Positions 24,991 through 34,371 of a stretch of DNA of 48,376 nucleotides are shown piece by piece. Positions within the stretch are counted from its first letter, which is position 1. Every line of letters starts with the position of its first letter. Source of the stretch: an uncultured Clostridia bacterium (GTDB taxonomy: Bacteria; Bacillota; Clostridia; Oscillospirales; Oscillospiraceae); contig CALEQS010000296.1 in the NCBI GenBank assembly GCA_937907975.1, positions 1-48,376 of the forward strand. Reading direction: 5' to 3'. A model generated the notes under the pieces. The model did not search any database. It was given only the letters and a program-made list of their open reading frames with translations, and had not been told where the DNA came from. The position numbers and the translations under genes are program-made.

Positions 24991-25776
24991 TCACAGCCGC
25001 CGCAGTCCGGCCCAGCCCAGCATCATAAGATCCCGGGGAATAAATTTTGCCAGCAGCCGGTGGATGAAACACACCGGCCCGGGGGTGGACACGCTGAAGC
25101 CCAGCATGGCGTCGTTCAGTGCCCAGGCCGCCACATGGCGGCATTTGGATGCAAAAGGGAAATGCCGCACGGCAGTGCTGTCCTTCGTCTCCCGTGCCAC
25201 CGGAATGAACTCGGTATCCTTGATCCAATAGGGGCAGACGGCGGTGACGACGATTCCCTTCCCCCGCACCTCATAATGAAGCGAGCGGCTGTAGCTGAGC
25301 AGGAAGGACTTGCTGGCGGCATAGACTCCCAGCCCGCCCAGCGGCTGGAAGGCGGCGGTGGAGCAGATCTCCAGCACATGGCTGCCCCGCACCAGATAGG
25401 GCATGGTGCGCTGGGTCATGTCCATGGCGGCCTTGCAGTTGAGCAGCAACATCTTGTCCAGCGCCTCCAGGCCGATTTCCTCATTGGTGCCCATCTTGCC
25501 AAACCCTGCGGCGTTGATGAGCCACTGGACCTGCGGCCGTTCCCGTTCCAGCAGATCACTGTACTCCGCAAGGGCGGACTCCTCCGTCAGATCCATGGGC
25601 AGGACCCGCAGGCGGCACGCTCCCGCCCGGTCAGCCAGCACGGCGCAGAGCTCATCCATTTTCTCCCGCCGGCGGGCGATGAGCCAGATCTCGTCCAGTC
25701 CCTTCCGCCCCAGCAGCTGGCGCACAAACTCAGCCCCCAGCCCGCTGGAGGCCCCGGTGATGACCGCAATTCCCAT
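24991..25776 (-). CDS. Short-chain dehydrogenase/reductase (261 aa)
   Basis: ORF 24991..25941 trimmed to ATG 25776. It has ITGASSGLG (TGxxxGxG) and YAASK (YxxxK). Confidence 0.85.
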   Translation of the reverse strand: MGIAVITGASSGLGAEFVRQLLGRKGLDEIWLIARRREKMDELCAVLADRAGACRLRVLPMDLTEESALAEYSDLLERERPQVQWLINAAGFGKMGTNEEIGLEALDKMLLLNCKAAMDMTQRTMPYLVRGSHVLEICSTAAFQPLGGLGVYAASKSFLLSYSRSLHYEVRGKGIVVTAVCPYWIKDTEFIPVARETKDSTAVRHFPFASKCRHVAAWALNDAMLGFSVSTPGPVCFIHRLLAKFIPRDLMMLGWAGLRRL

Positions 25777-25798
25777 GATCCGTCCCCGCTTTCCTGAC

Positions 25799-25826
25799 TT
25801 GAAATTTTCGCTGTCCCTATTATAAT
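25799..25826 (+). promoter_or_regulatory. Candidate promoter for the TVP38 gene
   Basis: TTGAAA (25799-25804), a 16-nt spacer, then TATAAT (25821-25826). Confidence 0.4.
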
Positions 25827-25860
25827 AGAAACCATCAAATTTTAAAAGGACACACTTGCC

Positions 25861-26532
25861 ATGAAGGAAAAAATCATCCGCGTGATACGCATCGTCTCTG
25901 CCTGCATCCCGCTTCTGCTCATCGCTCTGCTGATCGTTCACCGCATTCTGACCGGCGGCGGCGTCACGGTGGAGGAACTGCTGAGCTACACGCCGGAAAG
26001 CCCGATCCTGGCGGCACTGGTGATGATCCTGTTCTTTCTCTGCAAAAGCCTGTCCATTTTCTTTCCGATCACAGTGCTGTGCATTGCCAGCGGACTGCTC
26101 TTTTCCCTCCCCGCCGCCCTGCTGGTGGTGACCATCGGGCTGGGGCTGGGCACCATAGTCATGTACTGGATGGGCCGCTGGCAGGGCCGCGCATCGGTGG
26201 ATAAGCTGTTAGCGCGCTATCCGAAGGCCCAGCATCTGCAGGACATTCAGAGCAGCAACGTCTTTCTCTTCACCTTCACCATCCGCATCATGGGCCTGCT
26301 CCCCTGCGATGTGGTCAGCCTCTACATGGGAGCCACCGGCGCGGACTTCTGGCCCTATCTGCTCGGCGGTATGCTGGGTTTTCTTCCGCTCATCGTACTG
26401 GAGGTGTGCATCGGCCAGTCCATCCATACCCCCGGTTCGCCCCAGTTCCTGCTGGCCCTCGGCCTGCGGCTCGCCCTGTCGCTTGGTTCCATTCTTGTCT
26501 ACTGGCACAAATTTCACAAGGCGGCAAAATGA
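25861..26532 (+). CDS. TVP38/TMEM64 (DedA-related, VTT-domain) membrane protein (223 aa)
   Basis: The protein is multi-pass and hydrophobic. Its core reads ...GRWQGRASVDKLLARYPK...FLFTFTIRIMGLLPCDVVSLYMGATG. Confidence 0.7.
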   Translation: MKEKIIRVIRIVSACIPLLLIALLIVHRILTGGGVTVEELLSYTPESPILAALVMILFFLCKSLSIFFPITVLCIASGLLFSLPAALLVVTIGLGLGTIVMYWMGRWQGRASVDKLLARYPKAQHLQDIQSSNVFLFTFTIRIMGLLPCDVVSLYMGATGADFWPYLLGGMLGFLPLIVLEVCIGQSIHTPGSPQFLLALGLRLALSLGSILVYWHKFHKAAK

Positions 26533-26624
26533 CGCAAAATGTCCGTTTCTTTCCGTTTTCCACTTGCTTTTCCGGACCGGGCGGAGTAGAATAAAATCGT
26601 AAATAATTGTGGAGGTGAAGCACC

Positions 26625-27002
26625 ATGGCAGATGTGACCGCCACCGGCTTTCAGAACAATATGCGTCTGGTGCAGGAGACTGTGCCCGGCAAGCAGATCA
26701 CGCTGGCCCATATCATCGCAAACCCCGACCCGGTGATCTACCGCAAGCTGGGCCTGGACCCCAAGCTGGATTACAGCAAGGCCGCCATCGGCATCGTCAC
26801 CGTCACCCCCAGCGAGACCAGCATCATCTGCGCCGACATCGCCATCAAGTCCTCCGGCGTGGATCTGAGCTTTGTGGACCGTTTCAGCGGCACCCTGATC
26901 TTCACCGGTCTGGTCGCTCAGGTGGAGCAGGCCATGGAGGATCTCACCCGCTACTGCCAGAATACCCTGGGCTGCACCGTCTGCCCCATCACAAAGACCT
27001 GA
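26625..27002 (+). CDS. PduU/EutS-type (circularly permuted BMC) microcompartment shell protein (125 aa)
   Basis: RBS GGAGGTG. The sequence VQETVPGKQITLAHIIANPD...AIGIVTVTPSETSIICADIAIKSSGVDLSFVDRFSGTLIFTG...CPITKT aligns closely with Salmonella PduU from memory. Confidence 0.8.
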   Translation: MADVTATGFQNNMRLVQETVPGKQITLAHIIANPDPVIYRKLGLDPKLDYSKAAIGIVTVTPSETSIICADIAIKSSGVDLSFVDRFSGTLIFTGLVAQVEQAMEDLTRYCQNTLGCTVCPITKT

Positions 27003-27009
27003 CGCCGTC

Positions 27010-27528
27010 ATGCGGAAGATCATCTTCATGGGCCGCAGCGGCAGCGGCAAAACGACGCTGAAGCAGGCACTCCGGGGCGAGGGCATCCACTACGACAAGA
27101 CCCAGTACATCAAATACGGCGACGCCATCATCGACACTCCGGGCGAATACTGCGAGAGCAAGCACCTGGGCCGGGCACTGGCGCTGTACGCCTATGAGGC
27201 GGATGTGGTGGGTCTGCTCATCTCCTCCATTGAGGAATTTTCCACCTATTCCCCCGGCATCACCACCTCCACCAACCGGGAGACCATCGGCATCGTCACC
27301 CAGATCGACCGCCCCGACGGCGACCCGGAACGGGCAGAGCGCTGGCTGCGGCTGGCGGGCTGTGAAAAGATTTTCTACGTCAGCGCCAAGCAGGGCATTG
27401 GACTGGACGAACTGATGGACTACCTCAAGACTGACGAGGAGCGGGCGGCGGATGCGGCGGAAAAGGCCAAAGCGGCCGCCAGGCCCAAAAGGTCCAGAAC
27501 ACGAAAAAACAAACCGGCCTGTAAATAA
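27010..27528 (+). CDS. EutP/PduV-family small GTPase with a Lys/Arg-rich C-terminal tail (172 aa)
   Basis: The sequence MRKIIFMGRSGSGKTTL..AL...YDKTQ....GDAIIDTPGEY is the EutP pattern. The tail is AAEKAKAAARPKRSRTRKNKPACK. The gene starts 8 nt after the PduU-like stop. Confidence 0.8.
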   Translation: MRKIIFMGRSGSGKTTLKQALRGEGIHYDKTQYIKYGDAIIDTPGEYCESKHLGRALALYAYEADVVGLLISSIEEFSTYSPGITTSTNRETIGIVTQIDRPDGDPERAERWLRLAGCEKIFYVSAKQGIGLDELMDYLKTDEERAADAAEKAKAAARPKRSRTRKNKPACK

Positions 27529-27547
27529 AGGCCGGTCTTTGTTTCAT
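27513..27547 (+). terminator. Terminator-like hairpin spanning the EutP-like stop codon
   Basis: The stem is ACCGGCCT / AGGCCGGT with the TAA stop in the loop. It is followed by CTTTGTTT. Confidence 0.5.
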
Positions 27548-27560
27548 TAAAGGAGTTTCT

Positions 27561-28040
27561 ATGACAAACGGACGCAACACCACGCTGTGCCATCTGGAGC
27601 GGGACGGAAAGTACCTGATGCTCCACCGGGTGAAGAAGGCCAACGACGAAAATCAGGATAAATGGATCGGCCCCGGCGGCAAGTTTGAAGCCGGTGAGAG
27701 CCCGGAGGAGTGCGCCCTGCGGGAAGTGCGGGAGGAGACCGGCCTCACCATGCTGGACTGGGAGTACCGGGGCATCGTCACCTTCGTCTCCGACGAGTGG
27801 GGCACCGAGTATATGCATCTCTTCTGGAGCGACCGCTTCGAGGGCACAATCAAAGAGTGCAACGAGGGCGTGCTGGAGTGGATCGACAAGAATGAACTGC
27901 TCACCAAAAACATCTGGCAGGGGGACAAGATCTTCCTGCGCCTGCTGGATGAGCGGGTGCCCTTCTTCTCCCTCAAACTGACCTACCACGGCGATGTGCT
28001 TCAAAGCGCTGTGCTGAATGAGAAAAAAGTTTTATATTAA
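27561..28040 (+). CDS. NUDIX hydrolase (MutT-like, 159 aa)
   Basis: RBS AAAGGAG. The Nudix box is GPGGKFEAGESPEECALREVREETGL. Confidence 0.85.
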   Translation: MTNGRNTTLCHLERDGKYLMLHRVKKANDENQDKWIGPGGKFEAGESPEECALREVREETGLTMLDWEYRGIVTFVSDEWGTEYMHLFWSDRFEGTIKECNEGVLEWIDKNELLTKNIWQGDKIFLRLLDERVPFFSLKLTYHGDVLQSAVLNEKKVLY

Positions 28041-28045
28041 GTTTC

Positions 28046-28085
28046 AGCCCCTGTGCCGTTTTTTCTTTGGCACAGGGGCTTTTTA
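28046..28085. terminator. Bidirectional terminator between the NUDIX (+) and YolD-like (-) genes
   Basis: The 12-bp stem is AGCCCCTGTGCC / GGCACAGGGGCT. It is followed by TTTT. Confidence 0.8.
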
Positions 28086-28493
28086 CCCAAAGAACATTCC
28101 CTCCACATGGACCATCTCCTCCATGGAAATGGTCGTCCCATCGGCGAGGGTGAGGGTTTTGGCAAAGCTGTCCAGCTTTCGGACGGGGCCGGTGACGGTG
28201 CGGTAGGCACCGCCGCTTTTCCTTTCGTCCGGCACAAAGTAAGTGATGCTGACCTGCGGGTGCTCCGGCAGGTGCTCCAGAATGCGGTTCAGTTCTGCAT
28301 TCAGCTCCGCCTTGGCCTCCTCATCCAGTTCGATGCGCCGCTCGGTCACCCGGGCCGTCTCCCGAACCGCCGCATCATAGCCGGTGAGGGCGGCAAAGGG
28401 CGAAAACTGCGCCGCCCGGTCGGCCCGTGGCATAGGCGGGTGCGTCTCAGAGACGTGGTGGGGCAGATCTATGATGTCGTCATATTTTCCCAT
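28083..28493 (-). CDS. YolD-like protein (136 aa), partner of the Y-family polymerase
   Basis: ORF trimmed to ATG 28493, preceded by AAAGGAG and 15 nt after the polymerase stop. The motif [19 protein letters not shown] is typical of YolD-like proteins. Confidence 0.7.
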   Translation of the reverse strand: MGKYDDIIDLPHHVSETHPPMPRADRAAQFSPFAALTGYDAAVRETARVTERRIELDEEAKAELNAELNRILEHLPEHPQVSITYFVPDERKSGGAYRTVTGPVRKLDSFAKTLTLADGTTISMEEMVHVEGMFFG

Positions 28494-28507
28494 AACCGTG
28501 CTCCTTT

Positions 28508-30016
28508 TCACGCCTTATGGCCGCCGATCTGGTCATTGCGCATCCGGGCCGTGGCCCCCTCCTCCAGATCAAGGCCCTTTAAAACGGCGTTTTTGCCGAA
28601 TCTCTTTTTGATGGTAAGCAGGGTCTCCTGGATCCTGCGCTCCCGTTCCAGGGCTTCCTGTTCGCTCTGGGCGGCATTCCGGTCGGCAAACAGATCCAGC
28701 TGGTCACACTGCGTCTCGTTGGCCGCCTCAGACTCCGGGATCACATGACAAGCCGTCAGGTAGAGCCGCCGCACCAGCAGGCGCTCATCCACCTGCCGCT
28801 CATAGAGCTCCAGCGCCGCCGCGATGAGCTGGCGGGCAGAGGAGCTGGGCCGGGGCAGATTGGCCGTGCCGTGGGCGCTCTTGGGCACCCGGCGGCCATA
28901 GCGGTCGGTTGTGACCGGGCCGTGGTACTGGGCGCGGAGCTCCGGCCGGGTCAGGTTATCAATGTCATAGCCCACCGTAAGCACCAGCTGGTCGGTGACG
29001 CACCGCTTCTCCAGCAGATCCAGCGCCAGCTGATCCGCCATCTCCCGGAGCACCAGCCTGGCCTTTTCGCTCTCATAGGGGCACTGGAGCACCTGCCCGG
29101 AACCAAGGCTGTTGGACGAGGGGCGGTAGGCCTTGATGTCCGCCATGGTGCAGTTCTCCCAGCCCCAGGCGTGGTCGATGAGCAGCTGGGCGTTGACCCC
29201 AAACAGCCGATAGAGCAGCTCCTCATTGTAAAACTCCGTGGGCTTTCCGAGGGAACAGCGGGCCACGTCTCCCATCGTGTAAAGGCCGTGGGCCCCCAGC
29301 TTTTTGGCATAACCCCGGCCCACGCGCCAGAAATCGGTCAGCGGCCGATGTTCCCAGAGGGTGCGGCGGTAGCTCATCTCGTCCAGCTCGGCGATGCGCA
29401 CACCGTTTTCGTCCGGCTGGATGTGCTTGGCCCCGATGTCCATGGCCACTTTGCAGAGGTAGAGATTCGTGCCGATCCCGGCGGTGGCGGTGATGCCGGT
29501 CTCGTTCAGGACCTCCAGAATGAGCTTCATGGCCAGCTCCCGGGCGGTCAGGCCGCCAGCGGCCAGATAGCCTGTGGCGTCAATGAACACCTCATCAATG
29601 GAATAGACATGAATGTCCTCCGGGGCAATGTGGCGGAGATAGATCTGATAAATCTTTGTACTGACGTCCATATAGTGGGCCATCTGGGGCGGGGCGGTCA
29701 CATAATCCAGCGCCAGCTCAGGATGCACCCAAAGCTCCGTCTCGTCGGCGGACGCGCCGGTGAAGGTCCGGCCGGGCGCCTTTGCGCGGCGCAGGGCATT
29801 GATCTCCTCCACCTTCTGCACCACTTCAAAGAGCCGGGTGCGGCCGGGCAGGCCGTAGGCTTTCAGCGACGGGGACACAGCCAGACAGATGGTCTTTTCC
29901 GTCCGGCTCCGATCCGCCACCACCAGATGGGTGGTCATGGGGTCCAGCCCGCGCTCCACGCACTCCACCGAGGCGTAGAACGATTTGAGATCAATGGCAA
30001 TATACACGCGCTCCAT
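28508..30016 (-). CDS. Y-family (DinB/UmuC/UvrX-like) translesion DNA polymerase (502 aa)
   Basis: [26 protein letters not shown]...[13 protein letters not shown] are Y-family catalytic motifs. The RBS is GAAGGGAG. Confidence 0.9.
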   Translation of the reverse strand: MERVYIAIDLKSFYASVECVERGLDPMTTHLVVADRSRTEKTICLAVSPSLKAYGLPGRTRLFEVVQKVEEINALRRAKAPGRTFTGASADETELWVHPELALDYVTAPPQMAHYMDVSTKIYQIYLRHIAPEDIHVYSIDEVFIDATGYLAAGGLTARELAMKLILEVLNETGITATAGIGTNLYLCKVAMDIGAKHIQPDENGVRIAELDEMSYRRTLWEHRPLTDFWRVGRGYAKKLGAHGLYTMGDVARCSLGKPTEFYNEELLYRLFGVNAQLLIDHAWGWENCTMADIKAYRPSSNSLGSGQVLQCPYESEKARLVLREMADQLALDLLEKRCVTDQLVLTVGYDIDNLTRPELRAQYHGPVTTDRYGRRVPKSAHGTANLPRPSSSARQLIAAALELYERQVDERLLVRRLYLTACHVIPESEAANETQCDQLDLFADRNAAQSEQEALERERRIQETLLTIKKRFGKNAVLKGLDLEEGATARMRNDQIGGHKA

Positions 30017-30036
30017 CCGTCTGCGCTCCCTTCACT

Positions 30037-30050
30037 CGTTCATATGTTCT
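30037..30050 (-). promoter_or_regulatory. Weak LexA (Cheo-box-like) candidate next to a TATACT -10
   Basis: The minus strand reads TATACT-AGAACATATGAACG, compared with the Firmicute consensus CGAACATATGTTCG (11/14). The second half-site is GAAC instead of GTTC, so it is not a true inverted repeat. Confidence 0.3.
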
Positions 30051-30102
30051 AGTATAACATAGTTTGTCTCAAAGTGAAACCGCATATTCTTTTCAATCAC
30101 AG

Positions 30103-30142
30103 CAAAAAAAAGCAGACCTGAAGCGTATGCTTCAGGTCTGCT
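30103..30142 (-). terminator. Rho-independent terminator ending the opp transcription unit
   Basis: The 14-bp stem is AGCAGACCTGAAGC / GCTTCAGGTCTGCT with loop GTAT. It is followed by TTTTTTTT on the minus strand. Confidence 0.9.
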
Positions 30143-30146
30143 TCTC

Positions 30147-30425
30147 TTATGCGCCCCATAGTTTCAACAGGACGAAAATGACAATTCCAAGGCCGGCGAT
30201 AAAGGCCAGCGCGATGAGCAGGGCCGCCTTCAGCGCGCCCAGCACATACCATTTCCGGTCTTCCGGCGGGATATAGTCATCACTTCCACTGGAGTCCGCG
30301 CGGCTGAGCGGGTCCTCCGGCTTTTCCGGGGCGCGGCGGCCCATGAGGCTGGGTCGGGAGACGTCACTCATATCGGCAATGGTGCGGCCGTCGTCATCCT
30401 CGTATTCTCTGCGCCGTCGTGCCAT
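30147..30425 (-). CDS. Small tail-anchored membrane protein (92 aa), translationally coupled to oppF
   Basis: ORF trimmed to ATG 30425, which overlaps the oppF TGA as TGATG. The sequence is a charged N-terminal part followed by one C-terminal TM helix: [21 protein letters not shown]...KWYVLGALKAALLIALAFIAGLGIVIFVLLKLWGA. I recognise no family. Confidence 0.55.
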   Translation of the reverse strand: MARRRREYEDDDGRTIADMSDVSRPSLMGRRAPEKPEDPLSRADSSGSDDYIPPEDRKWYVLGALKAALLIALAFIAGLGIVIFVLLKLWGA

Positions 30426-31624
30426 CACTTGTCGTAGAGGTGGCAGACCACATAGTGGCCGGGCTCGACCTCGATCTGGCGCGGGACTTCCTCCTTGCAC
30501 CGCTGGGTGCAGTGGGCACAGCGGGTGTGGAACTTACATCCAGAGGGCGGATTGGCCGGAGACGGAATGGAGCCCTCCAGCACGATGCGGTTCATCTTTG
30601 CCTTGGGATCCGGGATCGGAATGGCGGAGAACAGGGCCTCGGTATAGGGGTGCAGGGGGTGCTTGAAGATGTCCTCCGTCGCGCCGTACTCCACCAGGTT
30701 GCCCAGATACATGACGCCCACCGTGTCGGAGATGTGTTCGACCACGGAGAGGTCATGGGAGATGAACAGATAGGTCAGGTTGCGCTCCTTCTGGAGCTTG
30801 CGCAGCAGGTTGATGATCTGCGCCTGAATGGACACATCCAGTGCGGACACCGGCTCGTCGCAGACGACGAACTCCGGGTTCAGGGCCAGAGCACGGGCAA
30901 TGCAGATGCGCTGGCGCTGGCCGCCGGAGAACTCGTGGGGATAGCGGTCCTTGTGGAAGGGCTGCAGACCGCACTCATCCATGATCTGGTCGATATAATC
31001 GTCAAATTCTTCCTTGGGCACCAGGCCGTGCTCCCGGACAGCCTCGCCGATGATCTCGCCGACAGGCATACGGGGAGACAGGCTGGAGAAGGGGTCCTGG
31101 AAGATGATCTGCATCTTTGTACGCAGCGCACGCATCTCCTTCTTGCTGAGGTCATAGACCTCGCGGCCATTGAACAGCACCTGGCCGCCGGTCTTTTCGC
31201 CGCTCAGGCGCAGGATGGTGCGGCCGGTGGTGGTCTTGCCGCAGCCAGACTCGCCCACCAGGCCCATAGTGGTGCCGCGCTTCAGATTGAAGGTGACGCC
31301 GTCCACGGCCTTGACCTGACCCACCACGCGGGAGACCACGCCGCCCTTGATGGGAAAATACTTCTTCAGATGGTTGACCATCAGAATATACCGGGGATCA
31401 TACTCCACGGGGGTGAAGCTGTTGTCCACAGTCAGGCCGGACGCCTTAGCGGGCGTCTCTGCCTCTTTGGCCTCCTCGGCCACTTCGGCGAAATCCACAG
31501 TAGTGCCGGCGTCGGTGCGGCCCTCTACGGCGTCGCGGGGGTAGTCCTCCATATGCTGCTCCGCAGTCAGCTCGGCTTCTTCCAGCACCTGATCGTCGTT
31601 TCTGCCCGGTTTCCAGAACGGCAT
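30425..31624 (-). CDS. oppF: Oligopeptide/dipeptide ABC transporter ATPase OppF/DppF type, with an acidic N-terminal extension of about 80 aa
   Basis: Walker A is GESGCGKTT, the signature is FSGGQRQR, Walker B is [11 protein letters not shown], and there is a C-terminal oligopeptide-ATPase tail. I placed the start at ATG 31624, 2 nt after the oppD stop. Internal ATGs, for example MVNHLKKYF, cannot be excluded. Confidence 0.8.
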   Translation of the reverse strand: MPFWKPGRNDDQVLEEAELTAEQHMEDYPRDAVEGRTDAGTTVDFAEVAEEAKEAETPAKASGLTVDNSFTPVEYDPRYILMVNHLKKYFPIKGGVVSRVVGQVKAVDGVTFNLKRGTTMGLVGESGCGKTTTGRTILRLSGEKTGGQVLFNGREVYDLSKKEMRALRTKMQIIFQDPFSSLSPRMPVGEIIGEAVREHGLVPKEEFDDYIDQIMDECGLQPFHKDRYPHEFSGGQRQRICIARALALNPEFVVCDEPVSALDVSIQAQIINLLRKLQKERNLTYLFISHDLSVVEHISDTVGVMYLGNLVEYGATEDIFKHPLHPYTEALFSAIPIPDPKAKMNRIVLEGSIPSPANPPSGCKFHTRCAHCTQRCKEEVPRQIEVEPGHYVVCHLYDK

Positions 31625-31625
31625 A

Positions 31626-32783
31626 TCACTCACCCGCCTTTCCGTTGTTATTTTCGTAGTAGCGATAGCAGCTCACCTTGTGGGTCGGGGAGATACTGAT
31701 CTCGTGGGGATAGGCGCCCTCGCATCCCTCGACGCACATTTCGCAGCGGTCCTTGAAATAGCAGTAGTTGGGCATATTGATGGGGTTGGGCACCTTGCCG
31801 GGGATGGAGTAGAGCTCGTCCACCTGCTTGCCCACCACGGGCTTGGAGGCCATCAGGCCGATGGTGTAGGGATGACACGGATGCTCAAAGATCTCCTCTG
31901 CCGTGCCCTTCTCCACCACGCGGCCGGCGTACATGACGACCACATAGTCGGCCATCTCGGCGATCACGCCCAGGTCATGGGTGATGAGCATGATGGAGGA
32001 ATTGATCTTATCCTTCAGGTGGCGCAGCAGATCGAGGATCTGGGCCTGAATGGTCACGTCCAGCGCGGTGGTGGGCTCGTCGGCGATAATGACCTTGGGG
32101 TTGCAGGCCAGCGCCATGGCGATCATGACGCGCTGGCGCATACCGCCGGACAGCTCATGAGGGAACATGGAGTAGACGCCCTCGCTGTTGGCGATGCCGA
32201 CCATCTGCAAAAGCTCGATGGTGCGGGCCTTGACGTCCTCCTTGCTCTTGCCCTCGCCGTCGTGGAGGGCAATGACCTCGTCCACCTGCGCACCGATACG
32301 GAACACCGGGTTCAGGCTGGTCATCGGCTCCTGGAAGATCATGGAGACATAGTTGCCGCGGATGGCCTGCATCTTCTCGGTGGGAACCTTAGAGACCTCG
32401 TAGGCCTTGTCGCCCAGATTCAGGCGGATCTCGCCGGAGACGATCTGACCCTGAGGCCGCTGGACCAGCTGCATGAGCGACAGGCTGGTGACGCTCTTGC
32501 CGCAGCCGGACTCGCCCACGACGCCCACGGTCTTGCCGATGGGCACCTCAAAGCTCACGCCGTCCACGCTCTTGACGGTGCCGGCGTCGGTGAAAAAGTA
32601 AGTGTGCAGATCGTCAAATTCCACCGCGTTATTGGGGTCGTGCATCCGGGTCAGGTACTCGGACTCAGGCACATTCTTGCGCTTACGCTTTTTCTCCAGC
32701 TCGTTGGTGATCTTCCGGTTCTCTTTGGCGATCCGGCGGGACTCCTTTGCGGAAAGGTAGCCCTCTGCGTGTTTCTTTGCCAT
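31626..32783 (-). CDS. oppD: Oligopeptide/dipeptide ABC transporter ATPase OppD/DppD type, with a basic N-terminal extension of about 50 aa
   Basis: RBS AAGGGAGGAA. The motifs are [17 protein letters not shown] and [11 protein letters not shown]. The N-terminus is [37 protein letters not shown]. Confidence 0.85.
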   Translation of the reverse strand: MAKKHAEGYLSAKESRRIAKENRKITNELEKKRKRKNVPESEYLTRMHDPNNAVEFDDLHTYFFTDAGTVKSVDGVSFEVPIGKTVGVVGESGCGKSVTSLSLMQLVQRPQGQIVSGEIRLNLGDKAYEVSKVPTEKMQAIRGNYVSMIFQEPMTSLNPVFRIGAQVDEVIALHDGEGKSKEDVKARTIELLQMVGIANSEGVYSMFPHELSGGMRQRVMIAMALACNPKVIIADEPTTALDVTIQAQILDLLRHLKDKINSSIMLITHDLGVIAEMADYVVVMYAGRVVEKGTAEEIFEHPCHPYTIGLMASKPVVGKQVDELYSIPGKVPNPINMPNYCYFKDRCEMCVEGCEGAYPHEISISPTHKVSCYRYYENNNGKAGE

Positions 32784-32799
32784 AGTCGATGTTCCTCCC

Positions 32800-34353
32800 T
32801 TACCGTTTCATCTTCGGGTCGAAGGCGTCGCGGAGACCGTCGCCAACAAAGTTGAAGCCCAGCACGCTGATCAGCAGGCAGATACCGGCGGGGATCCAGA
32901 TGAACCAGTAGTGGGTCATAACGAAGGCGTCGTTGACATCGCTGATGATATTGCCCCAGGAGGCGAAGGGGAACTTGACCCCCAGACCCAGGAAGGACAG
33001 GGTGGCCTCCATGATGATCGTGGAGCCCAGGCTCATAGTGCAGGTGACGATCAGCTGGGGAATGACGTTGGGGATCAGGTGGCGGAAGATCCGGCGGGAC
33101 GCGCGGATGCCACAGGCCTCGGTCGCGGTCATAAACTCCTGCTCACGCAGGGACAGGATCTGGCCGCGCACCAGACGAGCGATGCTGGGCCAGCCGAGGA
33201 AGCCAAGAATCAGCATCAGGTAGATCATTCGGATCTGCGGGTCCACCCGCATGGCGTCCATGGCCGCGCCCAGAATGATAATGACGGGCATGGAGGGGAT
33301 GCAGTAGAAAATATCGACGATACGCATGATGAGGTTATCCACCCAGCCGCCGCAGTAGCCGGAGATGCCGCCCAGCACGACGCCGATGCCGGCCTCGATC
33401 AGAACGACGATAAAGCCGATGACCAGGGAGACGCGGCCGCCGTACATCAGGCGGGTCAGCATATCCATACCGTTGACATCGGTGCCAAGCCAGTGTGCCT
33501 TGGACGGGGCGGCATACTGATCATAGACGTAGGTAGCGGTGGCCTGCAGGATCGACCAGGACTGGGTAGAGGCGTTATAGGTGATCTCATAGGTCTTTTC
33601 GGTGCCGTCGTCCTCAGTGAACTTGAACTCGGAGGCGTCGTCCTCGATGGCGGCGTCCAGTTCTTCCTTGAACTGCCGGCTCAGGTTGATGCCGTTCTCC
33701 ACCGGGGAGACAACAAAGCGGCTGATATAGCCCACATCCCTGCCGCCGGTCTGGATGGTGCCGTCCTCGTCGATGGTGTAATCAGTACCGTCGGCATTGA
33801 AGTCGGTCTCGTGATTGGTATAGGCCTTCAGGGCGGCATACTTGACGGCAAAGCCAAGGTCAGCCTCGTCGCTGTTGACGATGTCCTTATAGGCGATGGC
33901 CAGCAGCGTGCCATTGGAGGAGATGGAGTAAAAATCCGTGCCCTCACGGGTGATGGTGTACTGGATGTCCTTGTACGCAAAGTCCGCCGTCTCGGCGTTC
34001 GGAGCCATCTTACCGTAGGCCAGCATGAACTGGGCCTGAAGAATGGAGGTAAAGTCTTGCCCCTCGGCGCTGTCGTAACGGAAATCGTTGTTGCGCACCA
34101 CACCGGCGTACTCCTTGTTCTGATCTTCGTAGGTGTAGAACTGCTCGTCCTGTCCATAGGGACTGACCAGTCCGCCCACAAAAGAGAACACAAACATGAC
34201 CAGCAGCATGATCATGCCCAGTACGGCCAGCCGGTTGCGGAAGAACCGCTTTGCCACCAATGCGCCCGGAGAGAGCACCTTGACGCGGCGGTCGTCGTTC
34301 AGAGAGTAATGTTCCTCCTGCTGAGGCTTCTTCTCGTCTTTCATATCGCTCAT
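32800..34353 (-). CDS. oppC: OppC-type ABC permease with an extracytoplasmic insert of about 225 aa (517 aa)
   Basis: RBS GGAGGAG. After TM1 comes a long hydrophilic segment (residues about 63-287). The canonical OppC core follows: HWLGTDVNGMDMLTRLMYGGRVSL and six TM segments. Confidence 0.85.
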   Translation of the reverse strand: MSDMKDEKKPQQEEHYSLNDDRRVKVLSPGALVAKRFFRNRLAVLGMIMLLVMFVFSFVGGLVSPYGQDEQFYTYEDQNKEYAGVVRNNDFRYDSAEGQDFTSILQAQFMLAYGKMAPNAETADFAYKDIQYTITREGTDFYSISSNGTLLAIAYKDIVNSDEADLGFAVKYAALKAYTNHETDFNADGTDYTIDEDGTIQTGGRDVGYISRFVVSPVENGINLSRQFKEELDAAIEDDASEFKFTEDDGTEKTYEITYNASTQSWSILQATATYVYDQYAAPSKAHWLGTDVNGMDMLTRLMYGGRVSLVIGFIVVLIEAGIGVVLGGISGYCGGWVDNLIMRIVDIFYCIPSMPVIIILGAAMDAMRVDPQIRMIYLMLILGFLGWPSIARLVRGQILSLREQEFMTATEACGIRASRRIFRHLIPNVIPQLIVTCTMSLGSTIIMEATLSFLGLGVKFPFASWGNIISDVNDAFVMTHYWFIWIPAGICLLISVLGFNFVGDGLRDAFDPKMKR

Positions 34354-34371
34354 TGCAGTACTCCTCCTCTC

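Noticed and set aside
25861-28040. A bacterial microcompartment locus.
   Set aside because: Only a PduU/EutS-type and an EutP/PduV-type gene are present. There is no hexameric or pentameric shell gene and no signature enzyme in the window. It is reported as an orphan pair instead.
28083-30016. Prophage or ICE context for the Y-family polymerase/YolD pair.
   Set aside because: No integrase, recombinase, phage structural or conjugation genes are present, and no flanking direct repeats are visible. The neighbours are housekeeping-type genes.
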